From positions 1,875 to 65,874 of the forward strand of contig CAJARJ010000009.1 in the NCBI GenBank assembly GCA_903944345.1: a stretch of DNA of 64,000 bases, given 5' to 3'. Positions 10,175 to 19,312 of this stretch are shown piece after piece. Both the position numbers and the translations under genes were made by a program. The first letter of the stretch is position 1. Every line of letters starts with the position of its first letter. The notes beneath the pieces are model-generated. The model worked only from the letters and a program-made list of their open reading frames with translations. It ran no database searches and had not been told where the DNA came from. The stretch comes from Candidatus Omnitrophota bacterium. GTDB taxonomy: Bacteria > Omnitrophota > Gorgyraeia > Zapsychrales > Fredricksoniimonadaceae.

Positions 10175-12199
10175 TTACATATAGTAGTCCACTTCCTGCT
10201 CTCGATGAATATCCTGACGGACACGAATAACATGCGCAGGGATATGCTGCGGATCAAGCTGTATCATAATCCGCTCCCCCTGCCAAAGATATTTCTGACC
10301 ACTAACCAGATCTTCAGCCGTATAGGGATGATCGGTCTTGATTCCCAATTCCGCCATTGGAACAGTGAGCCAGCCCGACTGAACGTGGTAAGGATCAAGA
10401 TTAACGATCACAATGATAATGTTCCCGTAATCTCCGGTGGCCTTGTAATACGCCAGCAGATTTTCATTCTCGACACGACAAAAACGGATATTGCGCGTCA
10501 ATTGTAATGCCGGGTTCTCCCTGCGAATAGTATTAAGCCTGGACAGAAGATCTTTAATATTCCCGGGCCGATCCCAATCCCAACGCCTAAGCTCGTACTT
10601 CTCGGAATCGAGGTACTCTTCCCTACCGGGCAAAGCCTCTTTGAGGCACAGCTCAAACGCCGGCCCGTAAATCCCGTAATTAGAGGACATCGTTGCCGCC
10701 AGAACAGCCCGCATAGCATAGGCAGGACGCCCTCCATATTGCAGTTGTTCAGGAAAGATATCCGGGGTATTCGGCCAGAAATTGGGACGGAAGAACTCTG
10801 CCACCTCGGTTCTGGCCAGCTCACCCAGATACTCTTCGAACTCTTTTTTTGTATTCCGCCAGGTAAAGTAAGTATATGACTGATTAAATCCTCCCTTGGC
10901 AAGCCGATACATGATCTTGGGTCGGGTAAAAGCCTCAGCAAGAAACACCGCCTGGGGATACTTCTTTCTGACCTCGGCAATCACCCAATCCCAGAATTCA
11001 AAAGGCTTCGTATGGGGATTGTCCACCCGGAATATGGTCACTCCCTGCTCGGCCCAGAACAGGAAAATACTCTTAAGTTCTGTCCAGAGGCCCATGCGGT
11101 CGGCTGTATCAAAGTTAAAAGGAAGAACATCTTCATATTTTTTAGGCGGATTCTCGGCGTACTGCACCGTGCCGTCAGGACGCCACTTGAACCATTCAGG
11201 ATGCTCGGCAACATAAGGATGATCCGGAGAACACTGAAAAGCGATATCCAGCGCCACCAACATTCCCTGTTTACCGGCACTGGCAACCAAAGTGCGAAAA
11301 TCCGCCAAGGTTCCCAGATCAGGATGAACTGATTTGTGCCCACCGTCCTTGTTGCCAATAGCCCAGGGGCAGCCGACATCATCGGCCTGACAGGAAGTCG
11401 CATTGTTTTTGCCCTTGCGAAATTTGATCCCTATAGGATGAATCGGAGGAAAATAGACAACATCAAAGCCCATTGCCGCGATCTCGGGGAGAATTCGTTC
11501 ACAATCCTTGAAAGTTCCGTGTTTACCGGCAGCCAAACCCCATGAACGGGGAAAGAATTCATACCATGCGCTGAAGCGGGCACGGGGATCGTCGGCCTGG
11601 GCACGCAGCTCTCTCGGATATGTATAGCTTTTGGCAGGATCCAGATTCGCCTCCATAATATCCAGTAATTCCCGGCTCAAGGCAGCCTCCAGAGCCTTCG
11701 AATGATCTTTGTGTTGCAAACTCTTAAGCAAAGAAGCCAGCTCTTTGGCGGAAACACCGGAAAGACGTTGTGCTGTTTGCGTAACAATGCCAATCCCGAT
11801 CTTAAGATCCACAGCGACATCCTGTGCCGCCTCGACACGTTTCTCAAAATCCTTGCGCCAGGAGAGAAAGTCATTGATATAGCCACGAACTGTATATAAA
11901 TAATCACACTTCTGCGTTATAGTAAATGAAGCCATCCACAAATCATTCCCCAGATCCTTCATACGGATCTCTTTCCACTCTGTGGCGATAACAGGCCGAT
12001 ATAACAGCGTTGCGGCAACCTGATCGTGCCCGTCTGCAAAAACATCCGCACGAACAACCACCGCTTCGCCAACAACCCGTTTGACCGGAAATCTCCCCTC
12101 ATCTATCTGCGGAGAAACCCGTTCAATCATAATTCGCGGTACAAGAGTTAACTCAGCGACAGACCCTGCGTTCTTTCTGGAAGACGTTTTCGACTGCAT
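10175..12199 (-). CDS. glgE: Alpha-1,4-glucan:maltose-1-phosphate maltosyltransferase (GH13_3)
   Basis: WYEFFPRS, YFPPIHPIG, QCSPDHP, YAENPPKKYED, FRVDNPHTKP, FLAEAFTRP and YLDSEKYE motifs. Confidence 0.95.
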   Translation of the reverse strand: MQSKTSSRKNAGSVAELTLVPRIMIERVSPQIDEGRFPVKRVVGEAVVVRADVFADGHDQVAATLLYRPVIATEWKEIRMKDLGNDLWMASFTITQKCDYLYTVRGYINDFLSWRKDFEKRVEAAQDVAVDLKIGIGIVTQTAQRLSGVSAKELASLLKSLQHKDHSKALEAALSRELLDIMEANLDPAKSYTYPRELRAQADDPRARFSAWYEFFPRSWGLAAGKHGTFKDCERILPEIAAMGFDVVYFPPIHPIGIKFRKGKNNATSCQADDVGCPWAIGNKDGGHKSVHPDLGTLADFRTLVASAGKQGMLVALDIAFQCSPDHPYVAEHPEWFKWRPDGTVQYAENPPKKYEDVLPFNFDTADRMGLWTELKSIFLFWAEQGVTIFRVDNPHTKPFEFWDWVIAEVRKKYPQAVFLAEAFTRPKIMYRLAKGGFNQSYTYFTWRNTKKEFEEYLGELARTEVAEFFRPNFWPNTPDIFPEQLQYGGRPAYAMRAVLAATMSSNYGIYGPAFELCLKEALPGREEYLDSEKYELRRWDWDRPGNIKDLLSRLNTIRRENPALQLTRNIRFCRVENENLLAYYKATGDYGNIIIVIVNLDPYHVQSGWLTVPMAELGIKTDHPYTAEDLVSGQKYLWQGERIMIQLDPQHIPAHVIRVRQDIHREQEVDYYM

Positions 12200-12311
12200 A
12201 AAAACGAAACCTTTCATTTAACTGCTAATATGGCTTTGACCCATTTGTAATCTACAAGTTCTCTATTATAAATCTGACTGATAAATTGGGGAGAATTAAT
12301 TCAAGAAACTA

Positions 12312-13469
12312 TCAGCCACATGGCGGACTGACAAGCGGGATTGTAAAAAAGAAACAGCTGCCCTCTCCGGGGACGGAATGAAGCCATATGCGCCCGCCAT
12401 GACACCTGACAATTTCCCTGCAAATCGACAAACCGAGGCCGGTCCCACCCACTTTCCTGGCGGGACTTCCCACCTGACGGAACTTCTCAAAAAGTTTTGG
12501 CTGATCTTCCTGTTTTATCCCGATCCCGGTATCAGCCACCGAAAAAACGATACCTTCCTGGTTATCCAATACGGCACCTATCGTAACCGATCCATCAAGT
12601 GTAAATTTCATGGCATTATGGAGCAGATTGACAAAAACCTGGATCAAGCGATCCTTGTCTGCCCGCATAAGAGGCAGATCAGGGGTAACCTTTCTGATAA
12701 CGGCTAAATTCCTCTCCCGGAACAAAGGTGTATGCATATCAATGATATCTTCTACGATCTCCTTAGGGGAGATCATTGCAAAATCCAGATCCATCCTGCC
12801 TGACTCGAACTTGGCCAGATCCAGAATATCGTTGATCAGGCGGCCTAACCGCTCGACACCCGTCCTTGTCCGGCCGACAAAACATTTCTGGTCATCTGAA
12901 AGTCGCCCCAGCGCATCGGAATCAAGAATATCCAAAGACGATTTGATTAATGCTAACGGCGTGCGCAATTCATGAGAAACAGTATACGTAAGCTGTTGCT
13001 GCGATTCATACATATCCTTGAGCTTCGCACTTAGCTCTTCAAGCTCCGCATTTCGTTTCTGCAGACTCTCGAGCAAACTGCGATTCTGCCGAACCAGATC
13101 CACCCGCTCAATGGACTCGTGCACCAAAGCCCGCAATTCCTGAAGCTCGAATGGCTTACCGAGCAAACGGTAAACTTCCCCCTTATTGATGGCATCTTCT
13201 GCTACTTGCACATCGGCATAACCCGTAAAAAGAATCCGAACCGCTTCCGGTTTTATTTCTTTGGCCAACCGCAGAAAATCGACTCCAGATATCCCCGGCA
13301 TACGGTTATCGGAAAGGACTACCTTGACATCCGAAGTTTCAATAATATGCAGAGCTTCGCGATAGTCTTTTGTCACCGCCGCACCATAAGTCTCATTTCT
13401 GAACAATCGAACACACAAATCCAGAATGCTCTGCTCGTCATCGAGAATGAGGACATTTACTTCGGGCAT
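12312..13469 (-). CDS. Hybrid response regulator / histidine kinase (REC-HisKA-HATPase)
   Basis: LILDDE and SDNRMPG receiver; VSHELRTPL H-box, NLLHNAMKFT, DTGIGI and GGTGLGLSIC. Confidence 0.93.
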   Translation of the reverse strand: MPEVNVLILDDEQSILDLCVRLFRNETYGAAVTKDYREALHIIETSDVKVVLSDNRMPGISGVDFLRLAKEIKPEAVRILFTGYADVQVAEDAINKGEVYRLLGKPFELQELRALVHESIERVDLVRQNRSLLESLQKRNAELEELSAKLKDMYESQQQLTYTVSHELRTPLALIKSSLDILDSDALGRLSDDQKCFVGRTRTGVERLGRLINDILDLAKFESGRMDLDFAMISPKEIVEDIIDMHTPLFRERNLAVIRKVTPDLPLMRADKDRLIQVFVNLLHNAMKFTLDGSVTIGAVLDNQEGIVFSVADTGIGIKQEDQPKLFEKFRQVGSPARKVGGTGLGLSICREIVRCHGGRIWLHSVPGEGSCFFFTIPLVSPPCG

Positions 13470-13521
13470 AAATCAACTCCTGTCGGGCTATACTCCCGAT
13501 ATTAGAACAACACCAAGACTT

Positions 13522-15936
13522 TCAGCCAAGCAAGGGGTCATTGCCTGGAGTAACAATACCCGAATCAAGCGGAATAAAAAGACTGGCGATTGTACCCTTG
13601 CCGGGTTCACTCTCATAACGCAAGTCACCCCCGTGCGCCTTGAGAATGCCGTAACACACCGCCAGACCGATTCCAGTGCCAGTTTCTTTGGTAGTAAAGA
13701 AAGGTTCCATGATTCTCTTGCGAACTTCCGGCGTCATTCCCTTTCCAGTGTCCCGAAAATCAATATTCAAGAACCCACCTTCAAGTCTGGTGATAATCGT
13801 AATAGTCCCGCCCTCCGGCATCGCTTCTTTGGCATTGGTCAGAATATTCATAAAAACTTCATGTATCTGCTGCTCATCAACAACAAGGCAAACATCCCCG
13901 GCCTGATAATCACGGACAATAACAATCTTGTAGATTACGGCATACTGCTTTTCAAGAATACCCGCGACCGATTCAATACATTGCACCATATTGACCTGGG
14001 ACACCTGACCTTTGCTGGGCCTGGCAAAACGCAGAACCCGACGAATGACTTCCTTGGCTCTTTTGCATTCCTGGACAATGCTTTCAAAACATCTGCGTTC
14101 TTCCGCATCCACAGTCCGGGACAAAAGAGCCAGCTCAGCATTACCGGATATAATCATAAGAGGATTATTAATTTCATGCGAAATCTCGGCCACCAGGCGA
14201 CCAAGTGAGGCAAACTTCTCGGAATGAACCAGACGATCCTGGGAAAGTTTTAATGTCTCAAAACTTTGTTCCAGCTCACGACGAATCCTGTTATTCTCCT
14301 CCAGCATCTCCATCATTCGTAAACGTCCCTGACGCTCTTCTTCGAGCGCCAGCGAAAGGGAAAGCTCCGCCTGCTTGAGAGCTGTAATATCTATCTCGGA
14401 ACCTGCCATGCGCAGCAAACGCTGATCTTCCGCACGGACCGCCTTCCCCCTGTTAATAACATGACGCACGCTCCCGTCTTTATGCAAAAGACGGTATTCG
14501 GCTGAAAATATTGTCTCTGCCCCGCCCACAAAACAGGCAAGATTGTTTCTGAAACCCGTCATATCATCCGGATGAATGCCGTAATCGAGGGAATACCGCG
14601 AAGCAAGGTCTTCGTCCGGAAGACAACCTCGCAACAGTCTCCAGCGGGTTGAAACAGTAAGCTGCTTAAGTTCTGCATCCCAGTCCCAAACTGCACCTGA
14701 AGCTCCCTCCAAAACAAGCTCATACCTAGAAAGCAAGGATTCAATTCTGAACTGAGCCTTCTTGAACAACCCGATATCTTCTATAACCCAGATTACTCCC
14801 TGATCGAGGTCGTTCTTGTTCAAAGCCCGTCCGGAAAGCGAACACCATACAGGTTCACCATCCCTACGGCGCATCTCATATTCAATCTGCAAATGATCGC
14901 CCGAGGTCAATTGATAATAGTGCTCACGACCAAACTCTTCAAAACGCCGGTTATCAAGATGAAGATCCCTCATACTGATCCCATTCATGCTTTCAGGATC
15001 AGGATACCCAAACATGTCGGCCAGACGCTGGTTTCCTCTAAACAGTGTTCGCCCCCCCTTGAGAAACATAATGCCGACCTGGGAATTATTAAATATGCTT
15101 TCAAACTCGTTTTGGGCACGTTTTTTTTCGGTTATGTCCATCAGTACGCCCTGATAGAAAATGGGGCGCCCCTCCGGACTACGTTTGATCCTGGTCCGAT
15201 CATCAACCCAACGAACCTCACCGGAACCAGTCAATATGCGATACTCCTGAATAAATTCATCACAACCTCTGCCGGTGTTTTCCTCGACCTCCTGCGCAAC
15301 CCGTCGGGCGTCTTCAGGATGAATTATCGAGGCAAAGGATAACTTGCCACTCTGGAAGTCTTCTGGCTGATACCCGAGAGACAAAACATTCTGCGAAACA
15401 TATTTTACCGGCCAGCTGGCCTCGGCTTTCCAGATCCAGGCAATAACGGGAGACGACTCGATAATCGACTCCAGATCCTTGCGCAAACGGATCTCATCCT
15501 CAATCGGCCCCATATCCTGGATAACCCCCACCAAAGCGGTTACCCCTCCCCACATTGAAGGCAGAATGCTTTTATGAAAAATGACATCGCGTGGAATACC
15601 TGGCTGATCATAGACACGAGTCGTATAAACCAATGCCTGACGCTGATCCAGAAGTTCCTGATCGCGAAGACAATGTGCTTGCGCCGTTTCCTGGGGAAGA
15701 AAATCAAAAGGCGTACGACCAAGTATCTCGCTCTTTGATTTCCCTATAAAAGATTCAAAAGCACCATTACAAGCGAGATATTTCCCTGCACAATCCCTGA
15801 AAAAAAGAGGGGCAGGTATAGCATCCAGAAGAAAACTGAAGAACGGGGAGCGAATAAAAAAAGAACAAAAAATACGGCAGAAGGGAGTTCCGGAGAAATC
15901 TGCCTTAACGGCTGCAGGGAACGAAGGAACGTTCAT
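13522..15936 (-). CDS. Cytoplasmic multi-PAS sensor histidine kinase
   Basis: About four PAS/PAC repeats (IHPED, EYRI...G.VRW), then SEKFASLGRLVAEISHEINNPL, DTGKGM, EPFFTTK and GTGIGL. Confidence 0.92.
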   Translation of the reverse strand: MNVPSFPAAVKADFSGTPFCRIFCSFFIRSPFFSFLLDAIPAPLFFRDCAGKYLACNGAFESFIGKSKSEILGRTPFDFLPQETAQAHCLRDQELLDQRQALVYTTRVYDQPGIPRDVIFHKSILPSMWGGVTALVGVIQDMGPIEDEIRLRKDLESIIESSPVIAWIWKAEASWPVKYVSQNVLSLGYQPEDFQSGKLSFASIIHPEDARRVAQEVEENTGRGCDEFIQEYRILTGSGEVRWVDDRTRIKRSPEGRPIFYQGVLMDITEKKRAQNEFESIFNNSQVGIMFLKGGRTLFRGNQRLADMFGYPDPESMNGISMRDLHLDNRRFEEFGREHYYQLTSGDHLQIEYEMRRRDGEPVWCSLSGRALNKNDLDQGVIWVIEDIGLFKKAQFRIESLLSRYELVLEGASGAVWDWDAELKQLTVSTRWRLLRGCLPDEDLASRYSLDYGIHPDDMTGFRNNLACFVGGAETIFSAEYRLLHKDGSVRHVINRGKAVRAEDQRLLRMAGSEIDITALKQAELSLSLALEEERQGRLRMMEMLEENNRIRRELEQSFETLKLSQDRLVHSEKFASLGRLVAEISHEINNPLMIISGNAELALLSRTVDAEERRCFESIVQECKRAKEVIRRVLRFARPSKGQVSQVNMVQCIESVAGILEKQYAVIYKIVIVRDYQAGDVCLVVDEQQIHEVFMNILTNAKEAMPEGGTITIITRLEGGFLNIDFRDTGKGMTPEVRKRIMEPFFTTKETGTGIGLAVCYGILKAHGGDLRYESEPGKGTIASLFIPLDSGIVTPGNDPLLG

Positions 15937-16101
15937 TCTTTCATCTCCGGAATGACTTTGTCAAAAAAATAAGTCCGAACTTCCTGTTGCAAAAGAAATC
16001 CAGCTTCAAACCCTATGAAAATAATAACATCTGCAACATCTTTTAGAAACACTTTCCTTGGTAGTTTTGTTATATAAACTTCGGCTCTACGGGCGTCTGC
16101 A

Positions 16102-16400
16102 GCTCAAAAACTCGCTTGGTGGCAGACATCCTCTCCGCACACGGGTAAGCACTTTTCGCACTTGACTCACACGCTTCTTAGAAAAACCTAAAGTCGAACC
16201 TTTCGCGGGGGGCTTCAAAAACAGGCCTGCTTTGGCGTTGCCCTTTTCTGCGGTTCGGGGACGTCTGCCAGTCGCTCAGACAGTTTTCGCACGCTTCGTT
16301 TCTCCCGGAAGCAAAAAACACGATGCTTTGAAGAAAACTCAGCGGCTCAAAAACTCGCTTGGTGGCAGACATCCTCCCCGCATACGGGCAACTACTTTCG
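16102..16400. repeat. Imperfect ~56-bp direct repeat pair (16102-16158 and 16345-16400)
   Basis: GCTCAAAAACTCGCTTGGTGGCAGACATCCTC is identical in both copies, followed by TCCGCACACGGGTAA versus CCCGCATACGGGCAA; offset 243 bp. Confidence 0.85.
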
Positions 16401-16420
16401 AGTCCTGCTTCCTAATCTGC

Positions 16421-16451
16421 AAAAAAGCCTTATCCTTTCGGATAAGGCTTT
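16421..16451 (-). terminator. Intrinsic terminator, duplicated copy
   Basis: AAAGCCTTATCC-GAAA-GGATAAGGC-TTTTTT on the minus strand. Confidence 0.8.
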
Positions 16452-16589
16452 ATATTTGGTGGGCCTTGCAGGACTCGGTGCCCTTCTCTCGCTTCGCTCG
16501 TTCGGGTCATCCCTCCGCCCCGCCTCAAGGAAGCTCCCTTTTCGGTCGCTTCCAGCGGGGCTCCTTTCGAGTCCTGCTTCCTAATCTGC

Positions 16590-16620
16590 AAAAAAGCCTT
16601 ATCCTTTCGGATAAGGCTTT
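16590..16620 (-). terminator. Intrinsic terminator of tRNA-Lys(CTT)
   Basis: AAAGCCTTATCC-GAAA-GGATAAGGC-TTTTTT, 5 nt downstream of the tRNA CCA end. Confidence 0.9.
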
Positions 16621-16625
16621 ATATT

Positions 16626-16701
16626 TGGTGGGCCTTGCAGGACTCGAACCTGCCACCCAGTGATTAAGAGTCACTTGCTCTACCAGATGAGCTAAAGGCC
16701 C
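16626..16701 (-). tRNA. tRNA-Lys(CTT)
   Basis: GGGCCTT/AAGGCCC acceptor stem, GTGA-CTCTTAA-TCAC anticodon arm, GGTTCGAGTCC, encoded CCA. Confidence 0.97.
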
Positions 16702-16737
16702 GGAAAACGAATTTAGATTTGCGCTTCCAGAAGCGAT

Positions 16738-16765
16738 ATTATACAAATCGACTTGGAATTGTCTA
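16738..16765 (-). promoter_or_regulatory. Putative sigma70 promoter of tRNA-Lys(CTT)
   Basis: TAGACA(16765-16760)-16 nt-TATAAT(16743-16738). Confidence 0.6.
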
Positions 16766-16785
16766 TCGTTTTTTTCTATAACATA

Positions 16786-19185
16786 TTATTTTATATCGAC
16801 AATAATCGGACGCATACCAGATAAACTCCCCGGATACACATTATCTGTTTGAAAAAAGACCCCCTCCCCGACAGAAAAAGTATCTATCCCCATGGAAGAA
16901 GGATTCATATCGATACCACCCACCGGGTCAGAATTAACAGTTTCAGCAAACTCCTGGGAACGCATTTTGATATACACATCTCTTTCCTCGGAAAGAGCTA
17001 TCTGATCCTGGGCCACAAAAGTTTCCGGAAGCGGCATCCCCAGCGCCAAACGTGCCACAACCGAAAACGCCGTACCTAAAGCCGCCCCCCCTCTCATAAG
17101 AGGATTAATCTGGTAAAACAACCATTCAAAATCTGCCAGCGCGCGATTACGCTCATCAATAGACAAATTATTCATCAAAAGCCCGCTCCAAACTTTCTCT
17201 AGTTCCTGCATTATGGCAAGAATATCCGGTTTAAGCCCAGAGTAAATAAGATAGAAATAATCTTCATATTTGTCGAATATAATAATTTGCTCAAAATCAG
17301 TATGTCCTAGAAATGACTTCTGCCGGAAAACACCAAATTGCTTAAACCGGTTAAGAAGCTGCAACACCTCATCCGGGGTCTTATCCGTATTAATATATCG
17401 AGCCTCATGCTTGATTGCATAAAACTCCTCCAAAGATCCTTCCTTAACAAGTTGCTGAATTTGTTCTGATGAAAATACTTTCCTAAGATTTGAGGCATAA
17501 GTACCAATTCGAAAATCCGACTCTCTCTGATTATTCCCCTCCCAAAATTGATAAAAACCTTTCCGGGCAAAGAAATTGTTCAACTTCCAATATAGATCGC
17601 TATATCTTCCTTCCGTAGAAACAGAAGAATACGGCTCGCCACCCTTGCCTTGTATGTACGCCAAACCAAATTGGCGCATCGTTCTGGACTGCTCACTATT
17701 CCACCGCCTCTCCAGCCATTCAATCCGCAGGCGCGCTGTCAACAAACCTTGAAAGATTGTCCAGAAATTCATCTTGCGAGCATCAACCGCCAGAATCGCC
17801 GCCGTCATTTCATTGCGATAAACATCAGATGCCTTACCCTGTCGTGCAATCATCTGCGCCACCGAGCGCCATCGGGAGCTTCCCATCTGCAAAGTCAGTT
17901 CTTTCTCAATCCAACGGATGCCAGACCACTTGCTCCCCTGGAAAAGATGCATTGTTCTGGCCCACAAAGAGCGCCGCAACCAGACCGATACTGAAGAAGC
18001 CCGTATCCCTTCAATGTCTATTGAAAGCTCCTGCGGACCGTTGATTGGCCTGAATGAACTCAAGACTTTTGCAGAAACAGATTCATTGTTGGCCTGCATC
18101 GAAGCGTCAACCTCTACCTGAGCAGACAAAAAACCAGGGGCAACCGCAGATGCAACAAGAGCCTGCGGCCAAGCCGCAGGAGACCATCCTCCGGAAAAAT
18201 ATTTACGCGGCAAAACATCCCCGGTCAACAGATCATACCCCTCATAAACGCGATCGAACGCTCCGCTTGAGAAATGGCGGACATAGCGCTGGAACACCTT
18301 CTCTGGAACAAAAGGATCCGGAGCCGCAATGCCTTCCGTAATACTTCTGTCACGATAACGCCGGGTGAGATCCCCGTTTTTGACCGCACGTTTGTACCAG
18401 GCCGCCAGGGCCATTGACTGGTAAATCCGGCGCAACTCCACGAAACTTGCTCCGATGTTAACTTCCCGCTCGATAAATGGCAGAACTATTTCTCGAAAGA
18501 GCTCGCAAAAGATTTCTCTGACCCGGTCTTGTGTCTCCGAAAGAAGCCTACCCGACTCCAACGAATAGTCGCTGTCCAGCAGGACTTTCATGTGTGCATC
18601 TGTAAGATAAACCTCAGATCCTCGGCTATAGAACACAGCCCGGTCTGGCACAATCCAGACCTTGTGGGCAAAATCCATCGGAATATCTGTTGTGCCATAC
18701 TCCTGCCTGAGGCGATCATCCAGAGCTTTCCAGAACCTTTTCCCCGTACCCGAAGAAGGGTTTAAAAGAAAGGAACTCAACAGTTTTAATCGCCGGTCTT
18801 GTTCAAGAAGAGCCTGCCCCATATGTGTCTGACCGAACTCTTCGGTAATAATGCGGTTTTTCTCCAACGGGGAAAGGTTAACCCATTGATGTGACTCCGG
18901 AACAGTCAAAGCCGTCAGAAAGTATTCGATTTGCCGTGTTATACGGACTTTAGAGAGACTCTGTCTTGCAACCTGTGCCGGAGGGTTAAGGTAAAATTTG
19001 ATCCTTAACGGATTGGATAAATCTAACTTCATGCCAGTCAATGACATCGATTCAGGAAAAGATGCCGGAACAGCAACAGGGTTCTCAGGACAAACTTGTG
19101 CAGAAACAAATGAAGCCCAGACCGGAAAACAACACATCTGGATCAGCAAAACAAGCACCATCGCCAGCTCTTTGCTTACAATCAT
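16786..19185 (-). CDS. Secreted modular hypothetical protein: conserved N-terminal scaffold, variable cargo with an AvrB/Fido-like motif, and a C-terminal GGIDxN motif
   Basis: 799-aa ORF with a hydrophobic N-terminal signal; YFLTALTVPESHQWVNLSP, KVWIVPD, MALAAWYK and RKYFSGG; cargo motif FEWLFYQINPLMRGGAA; terminal VGGIDMNP...GMRPIIVDIK. Confidence 0.8.
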   Translation of the reverse strand: MIVSKELAMVLVLLIQMCCFPVWASFVSAQVCPENPVAVPASFPESMSLTGMKLDLSNPLRIKFYLNPPAQVARQSLSKVRITRQIEYFLTALTVPESHQWVNLSPLEKNRIITEEFGQTHMGQALLEQDRRLKLLSSFLLNPSSGTGKRFWKALDDRLRQEYGTTDIPMDFAHKVWIVPDRAVFYSRGSEVYLTDAHMKVLLDSDYSLESGRLLSETQDRVREIFCELFREIVLPFIEREVNIGASFVELRRIYQSMALAAWYKRAVKNGDLTRRYRDRSITEGIAAPDPFVPEKVFQRYVRHFSSGAFDRVYEGYDLLTGDVLPRKYFSGGWSPAAWPQALVASAVAPGFLSAQVEVDASMQANNESVSAKVLSSFRPINGPQELSIDIEGIRASSVSVWLRRSLWARTMHLFQGSKWSGIRWIEKELTLQMGSSRWRSVAQMIARQGKASDVYRNEMTAAILAVDARKMNFWTIFQGLLTARLRIEWLERRWNSEQSRTMRQFGLAYIQGKGGEPYSSVSTEGRYSDLYWKLNNFFARKGFYQFWEGNNQRESDFRIGTYASNLRKVFSSEQIQQLVKEGSLEEFYAIKHEARYINTDKTPDEVLQLLNRFKQFGVFRQKSFLGHTDFEQIIIFDKYEDYFYLIYSGLKPDILAIMQELEKVWSGLLMNNLSIDERNRALADFEWLFYQINPLMRGGAALGTAFSVVARLALGMPLPETFVAQDQIALSEERDVYIKMRSQEFAETVNSDPVGGIDMNPSSMGIDTFSVGEGVFFQTDNVYPGSLSGMRPIIVDIK

Positions 19186-19312
19186 AAGGGAAAGATAACA
19201 TATAGCAACTTACAGAAACAATACGAATGTAGTTCCTGAACTGAAGAATCCAAAGAACAAAAAAAGTCATTGAAACCAGATCATGAACGAATCGCAGAAT
19301 AGCGCAAAAGAG

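Larger units (their letters stand above)
16395..16646. repeat. tRNA-linked direct repeat: 83-bp identical copies (16395-16477 and 16564-16646), period 169 bp
   Basis: Both copies read CTTTCGAGTCCTGCTTCCTAATCTGCAAAAAAGCCTTATCCTTTCGGATAAGGCTTTATATTTGGTGGGCCTTGCAGGACTCG and include the last 21 nt of tRNA-Lys. Confidence 0.95.

Noticed and set aside
16102-16646. Repeats as a CRISPR array or as prophage attL/attR
   Set aside because: Only two copies of each unit, units of 56-83 bp, no regular spacers, and no cas or integrase gene; the tRNA-end copies are only 169 bp apart.
16178-16746. ORFs of 64-143 aa over the repeat/tRNA region
   Set aside because: They overlap the tRNA and terminators and show no protein-like features.
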